Of a stretch of 64,000 bases of DNA, positions 38,688-47,164 are shown piece after piece. The notes beneath the pieces are model-generated. The model saw only the letters and a program-made list of their open reading frames with translations, had not been told where the DNA came from and searched no databases. Each line of letters opens with the position of its first letter. Position 1 is the first letter of the stretch. Source of the DNA: Gordonia sp. (in: high G+C Gram-positive bacteria) (GTDB taxonomy: Bacteria; Actinomycetota; Actinomycetes; Mycobacteriales; Mycobacteriaceae). Where the stretch lies: the NCBI GenBank assembly GCA_047605365.1, contig JASGFV010000001.1, positions 24,849-88,848 on the forward strand, read 5' to 3'. A program made the position numbers and the translations under genes.

Positions 38688-38767
38688 CAGACACCGCGCG
38701 AGCGTCGCGCCTGTGTACGAGCGTCTCGTCTATCGCGGGCAGGCATCAGCGAGCCGTCCATAAACCA

Positions 38768-38817
38768 CAGTCGTCGACATAAACCACGGTCGCGAGTGTG
38801 GTTTATGTCGACGACTG
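38768..38817. repeat. Perfect 20-bp inverted repeat (REP-like element or terminator)
   Basis: cagtcgtcgacataaaccac-N10-gtggtttatgtcgacgactg; extra cataaaccac copy at 38759. Confidence 0.8.
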
Positions 38818-38859
38818 CCGCGGATGGCCGACCCGCCGGGTGCTAATCGTGGCGCCGGA

Positions 38860-40245
38860 TCACAGCAGCGCGTATGCCTCGGTCAGCACGTGCCGCAGGA
38901 TCTGCTCCATCTCGTCGAACTCGGCCTGGCCGGCGATCAGCGGCGGGGCCAGCTGGATCACCGGGTCGCCGCGGTCGTCGGCACGACAGTAGAGCCCGGC
39001 GTCGAACAGAGCCCCGGACAGGAAGTTGCGCAGGATGCGTTCGGACTCGTCGGCGTCGAAGCTCTCCTTGGTCGTCTTGTCCTTCACGAGTTCGATGGCG
39101 TGGAAGTAGCCCTCGCCACGGACGTCGCCGACGATGGGCAGGTCGTGCAGCTTCTCCAGCGTCGACCGGAACGACGACGCGTTGGTCTTCACGCGCTCGT
39201 TGAGGCCCTCGCGTTCGAAGATGTCGAGGTTGGCCATCGCCACCGCCGCGGACACCGGGTGGCCGCCGAAGGTGTAGCCGTGCGGGAACATCGTCGTGCC
39301 GTCGTCGAACGGCTCGAAGAGGCGGTCGCTGGCGATCATCGCGCCGATCGGCGAGTAGCCCGAGGTGAGCCCCTTGGCGCAGGTGATGATGTCGGGGGCG
39401 TACCCGAAGTCGTCGCACGCGAACATCGATCCGATACGGCCGAACGCGCAGATCACCTCGTCGGAGACCAGCAGGACGTCGTACTCGTCGCAGATCTCGC
39501 GGACCCGTTCGAAGTAGCCGGGCGGCGGCGGGAAGCAGCCGCCGGCGTTCTGCACCGGCTCCAGGAAGACGGCGGCGACGGTGTCCGGACCCTCGAACTC
39601 GATCGCCTCGGCGATCCGGTCCGCGGCCCAGCGGCCGAACTTCTTCGGATCGGCGGCGAGCTCCTCGGTGGGCGCTCGGTAGATGTTGGTGTTGGGCACC
39701 CGGAAGCCGCCGGGCGTCAGCGGCTCGAACATCTCCTTCAACGCGGGGATGCCGGTCACGGCGAGGGCGCCCTGCGGGGTGCCGTGATAGGCGACGGCCC
39801 GCGAGATCACCTTGTGCTTCATCGGCTTGCCGGTGAGCTTGAAGTAGTGCTTGGCCAGCTTCCACGCCGACTCGACCGCCTCGCCGCCGCCGGTGGTGAA
39901 GAAGACTCGGTTCAAGTCGCCGGGGGCGTAGCCCGCCAGGCGTTCGGCGAGCTCGATGGCCGGCGGCGTCGCATACGACCAGAGCGGGAAGAACGCCAGT
40001 TCGCGCGCCTGCTTGGCGGCGGCCTGGGCCAGCTCCTCTCGACCGTGCCCGGCCTGGACGACGAAAAGTCCGGCGAGTCCGTCGAGGTAGCTGCGGCCCT
40101 GATCGTCGAAGATCCGCATGCCCTCGCCGCGGGTGATCACCGGCGGGGTGACGCCTGCGCCGTGGCGGGCGAAGTGACCCCAGAGGTGGGCGGCGCTGCG
40201 CTGGCCGAGAGTCTGCTGTGCGGTGGCGGCTGAAGTGTCGGTCAT
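38860..40245 (-). CDS. Class III PLP aminotransferase (omega-amine/polyamine)
   Basis: YLDGLAGL, FFTTGGGEAVE, AYHGT, EPVQNAGG, DEVICAFGR, AKGLTSGY. Confidence 0.9.
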   Translation of the reverse strand: MTDTSAATAQQTLGQRSAAHLWGHFARHGAGVTPPVITRGEGMRIFDDQGRSYLDGLAGLFVVQAGHGREELAQAAAKQARELAFFPLWSYATPPAIELAERLAGYAPGDLNRVFFTTGGGEAVESAWKLAKHYFKLTGKPMKHKVISRAVAYHGTPQGALAVTGIPALKEMFEPLTPGGFRVPNTNIYRAPTEELAADPKKFGRWAADRIAEAIEFEGPDTVAAVFLEPVQNAGGCFPPPPGYFERVREICDEYDVLLVSDEVICAFGRIGSMFACDDFGYAPDIITCAKGLTSGYSPIGAMIASDRLFEPFDDGTTMFPHGYTFGGHPVSAAVAMANLDIFEREGLNERVKTNASSFRSTLEKLHDLPIVGDVRGEGYFHAIELVKDKTTKESFDADESERILRNFLSGALFDAGLYCRADDRGDPVIQLAPPLIAGQAEFDEMEQILRHVLTEAYALL

Positions 40246-40703
40246 CGGGTTCCCCAGTTGTATTGCTGCTTGACGAGTTTCAGATAGACGAGAGTCTCGG
40301 TGGCCGTGATCTCGGGGACCGCGCGGATCTTGCGGTTGAGGATCGACAGCAGGTGTTCGTCGTTTTCACAGACCACTTCGAGCAGGATGTCGAAGGTGCC
40401 TGCGGTGAGCACGACGTAGTCGATCTCGTCGTGCTCGGCGAGCGCCGCGGCGACTTCCTGAGTGTCGCCGGTGCAGCGCACCCCGATCAGGGCTTGCCGC
40501 GCGAACCCGAGCTTGAGCGGATCGGTGACGGCGACGATCTGCAAAAGGCCGCCGTCGCTGAGCTTCTGTACGCGGTTGCGCACCGCGGCTTCGGACAGGC
40601 CGACCTCTTTGCCGATCGACGAGTAGGAACTCCGGCCGTCGGCCTGGAGCAGCTCGATGATCTTCTTGGCCGTGTCGTCGAGCGATTGGGAGGGTTCGGG
40701 CAC
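40242..40703 (-). CDS. Lrp/AsnC-family regulator
   Basis: LDD..KKII.LLQ.DGR.SY..IG..VGLSEAAVR.RVQ; start uncertain (40703 or 40772). Confidence 0.9.
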   Translation of the reverse strand: MPEPSQSLDDTAKKIIELLQADGRSSYSSIGKEVGLSEAAVRNRVQKLSDGGLLQIVAVTDPLKLGFARQALIGVRCTGDTQEVAAALAEHDEIDYVVLTAGTFDILLEVVCENDEHLLSILNRKIRAVPEITATETLVYLKLVKQQYNWGTR

Positions 40704-40803
40704 CGGTCTACGGTGACGGATTTCGTCGTCGAGTGCAACGGCAAACGCTGATTTCAGCAGATGTGGTGTCATTCGGATGCTGAATCCGCACTGTCGTCGT
40801 AGG

Positions 40804-42312
40804 ATGGCGAAGGTGTTGACCAACCAGATCGCCTCCGGATGGATCGACGGCGCGCCCCTCACCGGCTCCGGAAGCCGCCACGTCGTCGTCGATCCTGCCA
40901 CCGCCGAGCCCGTCGCCGAACTGACATTGGCGGTCGCCGACGACGTCGACGCCGCGGTCGCCTCCGCGCGTCGCGCGCAGCGGGACTGGGGCGCATCGAC
41001 CCCGGCTGAGCGGTCGGCGGTGCTGTTCGCGCTGGCCGCCGCGATGGAGGCCGCCGCCGAAGCGCTCGCGCAGCAGGAGACGGCCCAGACGGGCAAGGCG
41101 ATCCGGCTCGCGCGGGAGTTCGACGTGCCCGGCAGCATCGACAACGTCCGGTTCTTCGCCGGCGTCGCCCGCAGCCTGGAGGGCAAGGCCAGCGGCGAGT
41201 ACTCGGGCGACCATACGTCGTCGATCCGTCGCGAACCGGTCGGCGTGGTCGGCTCGATCGCCCCGTGGAACTACCCGCTGCAGATGGCCGTCTGGAAGGT
41301 CCTGCCCGCCCTGGCCGCGGGTTGCGCGGTGGTGCTCAAACCTGCCGAGTTGACCCCGATCACCACCCTGACACTGGCCCGCCTGGCCACCGAGGCCGGC
41401 CTGCCCGACGGCGTGTTCAACGTCGTCGTCGGCACCGGGGCGGAGGCGGGCGCCGCGATCGCCGGGCACGCCGGAGTCGACATGGTGACGTTCACCGGCT
41501 CCACCGCGGTGGGCCGAACGGTCATGTCGCAGGCGGCCTCTCACGGCACGCGCGTGCAGCTGGAACTCGGCGGCAAGGCGCCGTTCGTCGTGTTCGACGA
41601 CGCCGATCTCGACGCCGCGATCCACGGCGCGGTCGCCGCGTCGATCATCAACGGCGGGCAGGACTGCACGGCGGCGACCCGCGCCATCGTCGCCCGCGAG
41701 CTGTACGACGACTTCGTCGACGGGGTTGCCGACCTGATGTCGAAGGTGGCGGTCGGCGACCCCGCCGACCCGGAGACCGACCTCGGATCGCTGATCTCGT
41801 CGGCGCACCGCGACAAGGTCGCCGGCATGGTCGATCGCGCGCGGGCCGACGGGGCGCGCATCGCGGCGGGCGGTGTCGTGCCCGACGGGCCGGGCGCGTT
41901 CTACCCGCCGACGCTGGTGGCCGACGTCTCCGAGTCGTCGGAGATCTACCGCGACGAGGTCTTCGGCCCGGTCCTCACGGTGTCGTCGTTCACCGACGAC
42001 GACGACGCGATCCGTCGCGCCAACGACACCGTGTACGGACTGGCCGCGTCGGCCTGGACGCGCGACGTCTACCGCGCCCAGCGCGCGTCCCGGGAGATCC
42101 GCGCCGGCTGCGTCTGGATCAACGACCATATCCCCATCGTCAGCGAGATGCCGCACGGGGGAGTGGGGGCCTCCGGCTTCGGCAAAGACATGTCGACGTA
42201 CTCGCTGGAGGAGTACCTCGCGATCAAGCACGTCATGAGCGACATCACCGGGGTGGCCGAAAAGGACTGGCACCGAACGGTGTTCGCCAACGCATCGAGG
42301 AGTTGGGCATGA
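40804..42312 (+). CDS. Gamma-aminobutyraldehyde dehydrogenase (ALDH)
   Basis: PWNYPLQMA.WK, FTGST, LELGGKAP, NGGQDCTA, EVFGPV, PHGG...SGFGKD. Confidence 0.88.
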   Translation: MAKVLTNQIASGWIDGAPLTGSGSRHVVVDPATAEPVAELTLAVADDVDAAVASARRAQRDWGASTPAERSAVLFALAAAMEAAAEALAQQETAQTGKAIRLAREFDVPGSIDNVRFFAGVARSLEGKASGEYSGDHTSSIRREPVGVVGSIAPWNYPLQMAVWKVLPALAAGCAVVLKPAELTPITTLTLARLATEAGLPDGVFNVVVGTGAEAGAAIAGHAGVDMVTFTGSTAVGRTVMSQAASHGTRVQLELGGKAPFVVFDDADLDAAIHGAVAASIINGGQDCTAATRAIVARELYDDFVDGVADLMSKVAVGDPADPETDLGSLISSAHRDKVAGMVDRARADGARIAAGGVVPDGPGAFYPPTLVADVSESSEIYRDEVFGPVLTVSSFTDDDDAIRRANDTVYGLAASAWTRDVYRAQRASREIRAGCVWINDHIPIVSEMPHGGVGASGFGKDMSTYSLEEYLAIKHVMSDITGVAEKDWHRTVFANASRSWA

Positions 42313-43727
42313 CCTGGGCAAGCTCTCCGAGCCCCCGCGCGATCGAGATGATCGCGCAGGCCGCACCGAAGCCGTTCTGGCTGGACCGCCCGGAACGCCC
42401 CGCGCCGCGACCCCGGCTGACCGGGGGCGAGAGAGCCGACCTGCTCGTGGTCGGCGGCGGCTTCACCGGACTCTGGGCAGCCGTGCAGGCCGCCGAGCGC
42501 GAACCCGGCCGACGCGTCGTCCTGGTGGAACGCGACCGGATCGCCGAGCACGCCTCCGGCCGCAACGGCGGCTTCTGCGCTGCCAGCATCACCCACGGAC
42601 TGGGCAACGGCATGGAGCGGTTCGCCGGCGAGATGACCGACCTCGCCCGGCTCGGCGTCGAGACCCTCGACGAGATCCAGGCCGCGCTCACCCGTCTCGG
42701 GATCGACGCCGACGCCGAACGCACCGGGGAACTCGACATCGCCAACTTCGACTGGCAGCTCGACGGCCTGGCCGAGACCTCGGCGCAGGGCGCGGAAGTG
42801 GGACTGGACCTGCCGGTGCTCGACGAAGCGCAGATTCGCGCCAGGGTGAGCTCGCCGATGGTCCGCGGCGCCGTCTACGACCCCGACGTGATCATGATCG
42901 ACCCGGCGAAACTGGCGTGGGGGCTGGCTGAAGCCGCCGAACGACTCGGCGTCGTGATCTATGAGGGCACCGAGATCACCGCGCTGACCAAGGCCGGGCG
43001 CGACGGCGTGCGCGCGTCGTCGCCGTTCGGCGAGATCGTCGCCGGGCGGATCGTGCTGGCCACGTCGGTCAGCCGCTCGCTGGTGCGTCGCCTGCGTCTG
43101 TACACCGTGCCGGTGTGGGACTACGCGCTGATGACCGAACCGCTGACCGACGCGCAGCTCGAGTCCATCGGCTGGTCCGGACGCGAGGGCCTGGCCGACA
43201 GCGGCCCGCGTTTCCACTACTTCCGGCTCACCGCCGACAACCGGATCCTGTTCGGCGGCTGGGACGCGCTGTACTACTACGGCTCGGGCGACTCCCGCCG
43301 GCACGAGTACGACCCCGACGAGCTCGCCCTGATCGCCGAGCACTTCCTGCAGTTCTTCCCACAGCTCGAAGGAGTCAAGGCGACGCACACGTGGGGCGGC
43401 GTGATCGACACCTGCTCGCGATTCTGCGCCTTCTGGGACCTCTCCTTCGGCGGTCGGGTCGTGACGGCCGTCGGGTTCACCGGGCTCGGCGTCGGGGCGT
43501 CGCACTTTGCGGCGGCGACGGCTCTGGACCTGGTCGACGGCCTCGACACCGAGCGCACCCGGCTCAAGATGGTGCGCTCCAAGCCCTACCCGTTCCCGCC
43601 GGAACCGCTGCGCTGGCTCGGCATCACCATCACCCGCAAGGAACTGGCGCGCAGCGAACGGCGCGACGGCGCCCGAGGCCTGTGGCTGACGGCGATGGAC
43701 AAGGTGGGGCTGGGTTTCGACAGTTAG
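42309..43727 (+). CDS. FAD-dependent oxidoreductase (DAO / PuuB-like amine oxidase)
   Basis: VVGGGFTGLW, ASGRNGGF, YFRLTADNRILFGG, GFTGLGVGAS, PFPPEPLR. Confidence 0.85.
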   Translation: MTWASSPSPRAIEMIAQAAPKPFWLDRPERPAPRPRLTGGERADLLVVGGGFTGLWAAVQAAEREPGRRVVLVERDRIAEHASGRNGGFCAASITHGLGNGMERFAGEMTDLARLGVETLDEIQAALTRLGIDADAERTGELDIANFDWQLDGLAETSAQGAEVGLDLPVLDEAQIRARVSSPMVRGAVYDPDVIMIDPAKLAWGLAEAAERLGVVIYEGTEITALTKAGRDGVRASSPFGEIVAGRIVLATSVSRSLVRRLRLYTVPVWDYALMTEPLTDAQLESIGWSGREGLADSGPRFHYFRLTADNRILFGGWDALYYYGSGDSRRHEYDPDELALIAEHFLQFFPQLEGVKATHTWGGVIDTCSRFCAFWDLSFGGRVVTAVGFTGLGVGASHFAAATALDLVDGLDTERTRLKMVRSKPYPFPPEPLRWLGITITRKELARSERRDGARGLWLTAMDKVGLGFDS

Positions 43728-43734
43728 GCCGGTG

Positions 43735-43768
43735 CTTGACCGGGGCCTGGCCTCAGGCCCCGGTCAAG
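43735..43768. terminator. Bidirectional terminator hairpin
   Basis: cttgaccggggcctg-gcct-caggccccggtcaag, 15-bp perfect stem between convergent genes. Confidence 0.8.
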
Positions 43769-43776
43769 AGGCCCGG

Positions 43777-44670
43777 TCAAGCCTTGGGCGTGATGATCAC
43801 CGGCGCGGTGGTCCATCGAAGAATCCGGGCCGCAGTGCTGCCCAGGAAGACCCGCTTCTCCGCGCCGAGATGCCCGGATCCGACGGCTACCAGGTCGTTC
43901 TGGTCCCAGGGCAGATTGTCGAGCGCCTCGTCGAGCGTGGTGCCGTCGGCCACCAGGACGTCGATGTCGAGATCGGTGTCGGCCGCCGCCCGGGTGTCCT
44001 CGAGGAGCGTGCGCGCAGCGCCGACCTGGTGTTCGCGGGCGGCGCGGGAGTGTGCGTCGTCGAACGGCGAGTCGAGTGAGACCAGCGCGAGCAGCCGCAC
44101 GTCGAGGTCGCCGTCCTCGGCCAGGGCCAGGGCGAACGGCAGCGGTCCCGCGGAATGCACACCCGACGCTTTCACCGGAACGGCGACGGTGATCATGTCG
44201 AGCGCGACGTTCTCGCGGTCGGCGTAGCCGCGGGGCGCCAGCGCCACCGGGAGGGGCGACGAGTGCAGCAACTCGGTGCTGACGGTGCCAAGGGTGTGCC
44301 GGCTGAGCACGCCGTCTCCGGTGCCGCCCACCACGACGAGCTCCGCGCCGGTGCGCTCGGCATGGCTGATCAGGCCGTCCGCGAACGAGTCGTCGACCAC
44401 CACGAAGGTCTTGGTCTCGATGCCCGGGGCGATGAGTTCTGCGCCTTGCTTCAGCCACACGCCGGCCTGGCTCTCGAGCCGTTCCTGGTACTGCGCGAGG
44501 CCCGGATGGCCGTCGTTGACCACCGGCTTCACGACGCATACCAGGTCGATCGCCGCACCCGTCGCGGCGGCGAGGGCCGAGGCCAGCGCCACTCCGTCGT
44601 CGCCCGACGGGGTCGCCAGATAGCCGACCGTCAGGCGGCGCGGATTCGGCGCGGTCGATTCAGTAGACAT
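43777..44670 (-). CDS. Tandem-domain universal stress protein
   Basis: LTVGY..TPSG.DG, ELVVVG, LGTVSTELLHSSP.PV, VFLGSTA.RILR. Confidence 0.88.
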   Translation of the reverse strand: MSTESTAPNPRRLTVGYLATPSGDDGVALASALAAATGAAIDLVCVVKPVVNDGHPGLAQYQERLESQAGVWLKQGAELIAPGIETKTFVVVDDSFADGLISHAERTGAELVVVGGTGDGVLSRHTLGTVSTELLHSSPLPVALAPRGYADRENVALDMITVAVPVKASGVHSAGPLPFALALAEDGDLDVRLLALVSLDSPFDDAHSRAAREHQVGAARTLLEDTRAAADTDLDIDVLVADGTTLDEALDNLPWDQNDLVAVGSGHLGAEKRVFLGSTAARILRWTTAPVIITPKA

Positions 44671-46162
44671 CGGGAACCTTCACTTCGGTGTTGGCGGTCA
44701 GGGTCTTGCCGCGGAAGAAGTCGCTGTTGTGGGCGCAGCAGGCCAGCATCAGCGGGATGCCGAGCACCAGCATTCCGACGCCGAGGATGAACACGCCGCC
44801 CACGCCGCCCAGCGACGTCTCACCGTAGTCGGCCGCGTACATGTCGATGGCCGACTTCACGAACGCCCACGTCATGGCGAGGCCGCCGAGCAGCGGGAAC
44901 AGGCCGCGGAAGAAGAAGTTCCGGACCGAGTCGAACAGCGAGCGGCGGAAGTACCAGACGCAGGCGTAGGCGGTGATGCCGTAATAGAAGGCGACGGCCA
45001 GGCCGAGTGACGCGATCGAGTCGGCCAGCATGTTGCTGCTGGCCAGCGACAGCACGAGGTAGAAGACCAGCGCCGAGGCGCCCATCACGGCGGTGCCGAA
45101 CGCCGGAGTCATGTAGCGGGGGTCGATCTTGGCGAAGCGATCCGGCAGGGCCTTGTAGACGGCCATCGAGAGGCTGCCGCGCGCAGTCGGCAGGATCGTC
45201 GACTGCGTCGACGACAGCGCCGACACGCTCACGGTCAACAGCAGGGCGGCGGCCATGAAGCCGCCGGCGACCGGGTCGCCGAGGATCGTCAGCACGTCGT
45301 CGGCGTTCTCCGGGTTGTTCAGGCCGATGCCGGTGTCGCCGAAGCCGGCGAAAGATTCGACGGCGTAGGCGACCAGCACGTAGGTGGCCACCAGGATCAG
45401 GCAGGTGATGACGGCGGCCTGACCGGGTGTCTTCGCCGGGTCCTTGGTCTCTTCGCTGATCGCCAGGCAGGCGTCCCATCCCCAGTAGATGAAGATGCAG
45501 AGGATCACCGCGGCCGCGATCTCCGACGACGTGAGACCAGTCGGGGAGAGCCAGCTGAGCTGCGGGGTGATCGCCTGGTCGCCGGCCTTGTCGAGCCCGA
45601 CCTTGGTGAGCGCGACGACGCTGGCCACGATCAGCACGGCGAACTGGATCACCATGAGCGCGGTCTGGATGCGTTCGCTGATGACGATGCCGCGGATGCT
45701 GATCCACGTCATTCCCGCGATGAACACACAGCCGAGGATCACCTTGACCCAGAGATTCTCGGCCAGCGAGTCGAGCGTGAGGAATTTCAGCAGGTAGACC
45801 GCGGCGATCTCGGCGACGTTGGCCAGCACGATGATCGCCGACACCGCCAGACCCCAGCCGCCGATCCATCCGATCCACGGACCGAACGCCTTGGTGCCCC
45901 AGGTGAACGTGGTGCCGCAGTCGGGGGTGTCCCGGGCCAGCTCGCGGTAGGCGAAGGCCACCAGGAGCATCGGAATGAAGGCGACGACGAACATCGCAGG
46001 AGCCTTGGTGTGGACGTTCTGGACCACGTAGCCGAGTGTCGCGGCCAGGCTGTAGGCCGGTGCGACGGCCGACAACCCGATGATCACGTTGCCTACGAGC
46101 CCGATCGAGCCGGTGCGCAGACCCTTGCCCTCCGGGATCTCGACTTCTGGTGCGTCGCTCAT
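44660..46162 (-). CDS. APC-family amino acid/polyamine permease
   Basis: APAYSLAATLG, PDCGTTFTW, FIYWGWD..ISEETK. Confidence 0.9.
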   Translation of the reverse strand: MSDAPEVEIPEGKGLRTGSIGLVGNVIIGLSAVAPAYSLAATLGYVVQNVHTKAPAMFVVAFIPMLLVAFAYRELARDTPDCGTTFTWGTKAFGPWIGWIGGWGLAVSAIIVLANVAEIAAVYLLKFLTLDSLAENLWVKVILGCVFIAGMTWISIRGIVISERIQTALMVIQFAVLIVASVVALTKVGLDKAGDQAITPQLSWLSPTGLTSSEIAAAVILCIFIYWGWDACLAISEETKDPAKTPGQAAVITCLILVATYVLVAYAVESFAGFGDTGIGLNNPENADDVLTILGDPVAGGFMAAALLLTVSVSALSSTQSTILPTARGSLSMAVYKALPDRFAKIDPRYMTPAFGTAVMGASALVFYLVLSLASSNMLADSIASLGLAVAFYYGITAYACVWYFRRSLFDSVRNFFFRGLFPLLGGLAMTWAFVKSAIDMYAADYGETSLGGVGGVFILGVGMLVLGIPLMLACCAHNSDFFRGKTLTANTEVKVPDVY

Positions 46163-46325
46163 GTGTGCTCCCAAACGTTCTGTGCCCGCCGCTCATGCTG
46201 TGCGGCGGTTGACCAACACTAAGGGTTCCGTCGTAAGTTCGCAGTGTGACGACGAATTCGGTAGGCGTATGAGGTTTGGATGTCCGTATTCAGCGGCCGG
46301 GGAGGGGGTCGACGCGTTCCCGGCG

Positions 46326-47051
46326 CTACTCGCCGAGGCGCTTGTCCATCGCCCATAGCAGGATCTCGGCGTCGGTCACGGCGGTGACCGGCGTGCCGCC
46401 GAAGTCTGTGGCGCGGACGGTGTCGCCGGCGGACAAGCGCTCGGACTCCACGGCCAGCTCGCCGCTCGTGACGAACAGGTGAGTGAACCGCGAGACGGGC
46501 ACGACGACGCGCCCGCCCGCCGGAATCCGGGCGGCCCACAGCGTCGACGCCGAGTTGCGGATGCGGATCGCGGAGTCGTGGGCGGGGTCGCCGGAGGCCA
46601 GCGGGACGAGCGAGCCCGCGGCCAGTTCGGCGGTGACGTCGAGCTGGTCGTACGACGGGTCGGCGCCGGTCTCGTCGGGCAGCACCCACATCTGGATGAA
46701 GTGGACGGGCTCGTCGCCGGTCTCGGCGTGATCGTTGCGTTCGGAGTGCAGGATGCCGGTGCCTGCGCTCATGCGCTGAGCGAGCCCCGGGTAGATGACG
46801 CCGCTGTTGCCGTTCGAGTCCTGGTGCACCAGTGAGCCGGACAGCACCCAGGTGACTATCTCGGTCTCTCGGTGGGGGTGGGTGTCGAAGCCTTCGCCGG
46901 GGAGCACTACGTCGTCGTTGTGGACCAGGAGCATCCCGTGATGGGTGTTGGCCGGATCGTAGTGATCGCCGAACGAGAAGCTGTGCCGCGAGGTCAGCCA
47001 CTCGGTGGTGGTGTGCGGTCGGTCGATCGCGCGAACTAGTGAGACGCTCAT
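46326..47051 (-). CDS. Pirin family protein
   Basis: HSFSFG..YDP, GFDTHPHRETEIVTWV, HQDS.GN, MSAGTGILHSE, FIQMW. Confidence 0.9.
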   Translation of the reverse strand: MSVSLVRAIDRPHTTTEWLTSRHSFSFGDHYDPANTHHGMLLVHNDDVVLPGEGFDTHPHRETEIVTWVLSGSLVHQDSNGNSGVIYPGLAQRMSAGTGILHSERNDHAETGDEPVHFIQMWVLPDETGADPSYDQLDVTAELAAGSLVPLASGDPAHDSAIRIRNSASTLWAARIPAGGRVVVPVSRFTHLFVTSGELAVESERLSAGDTVRATDFGGTPVTAVTDAEILLWAMDKRLGE

Positions 47052-47164
47052 CCCTTGATTATCTCTCTGCCCACATGAACGACGTCGAGATGAGATCGTG
47101 ATGACACCGATTCAGTACCGTGAGCCGAAAACCCGGCGTTACGACTGTGACTAGAGTGAAACTT

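Larger units (their letters stand above)
36935..38698 (+). mobile_element. IS3-family insertion sequence, probably decayed
   Basis: orfA/orfB organisation; imperfect terminal IRs cgcggtgggtgtc... / ...gacagacaccgcg; ends approximate, no target duplication seen. Confidence 0.75.

Noticed and set aside
36928-38705. Target-site duplication flanking the IS3 element
   Set aside because: Flanks (ccgga / cgagc) share no 3-4 bp direct repeat at the inferred ends
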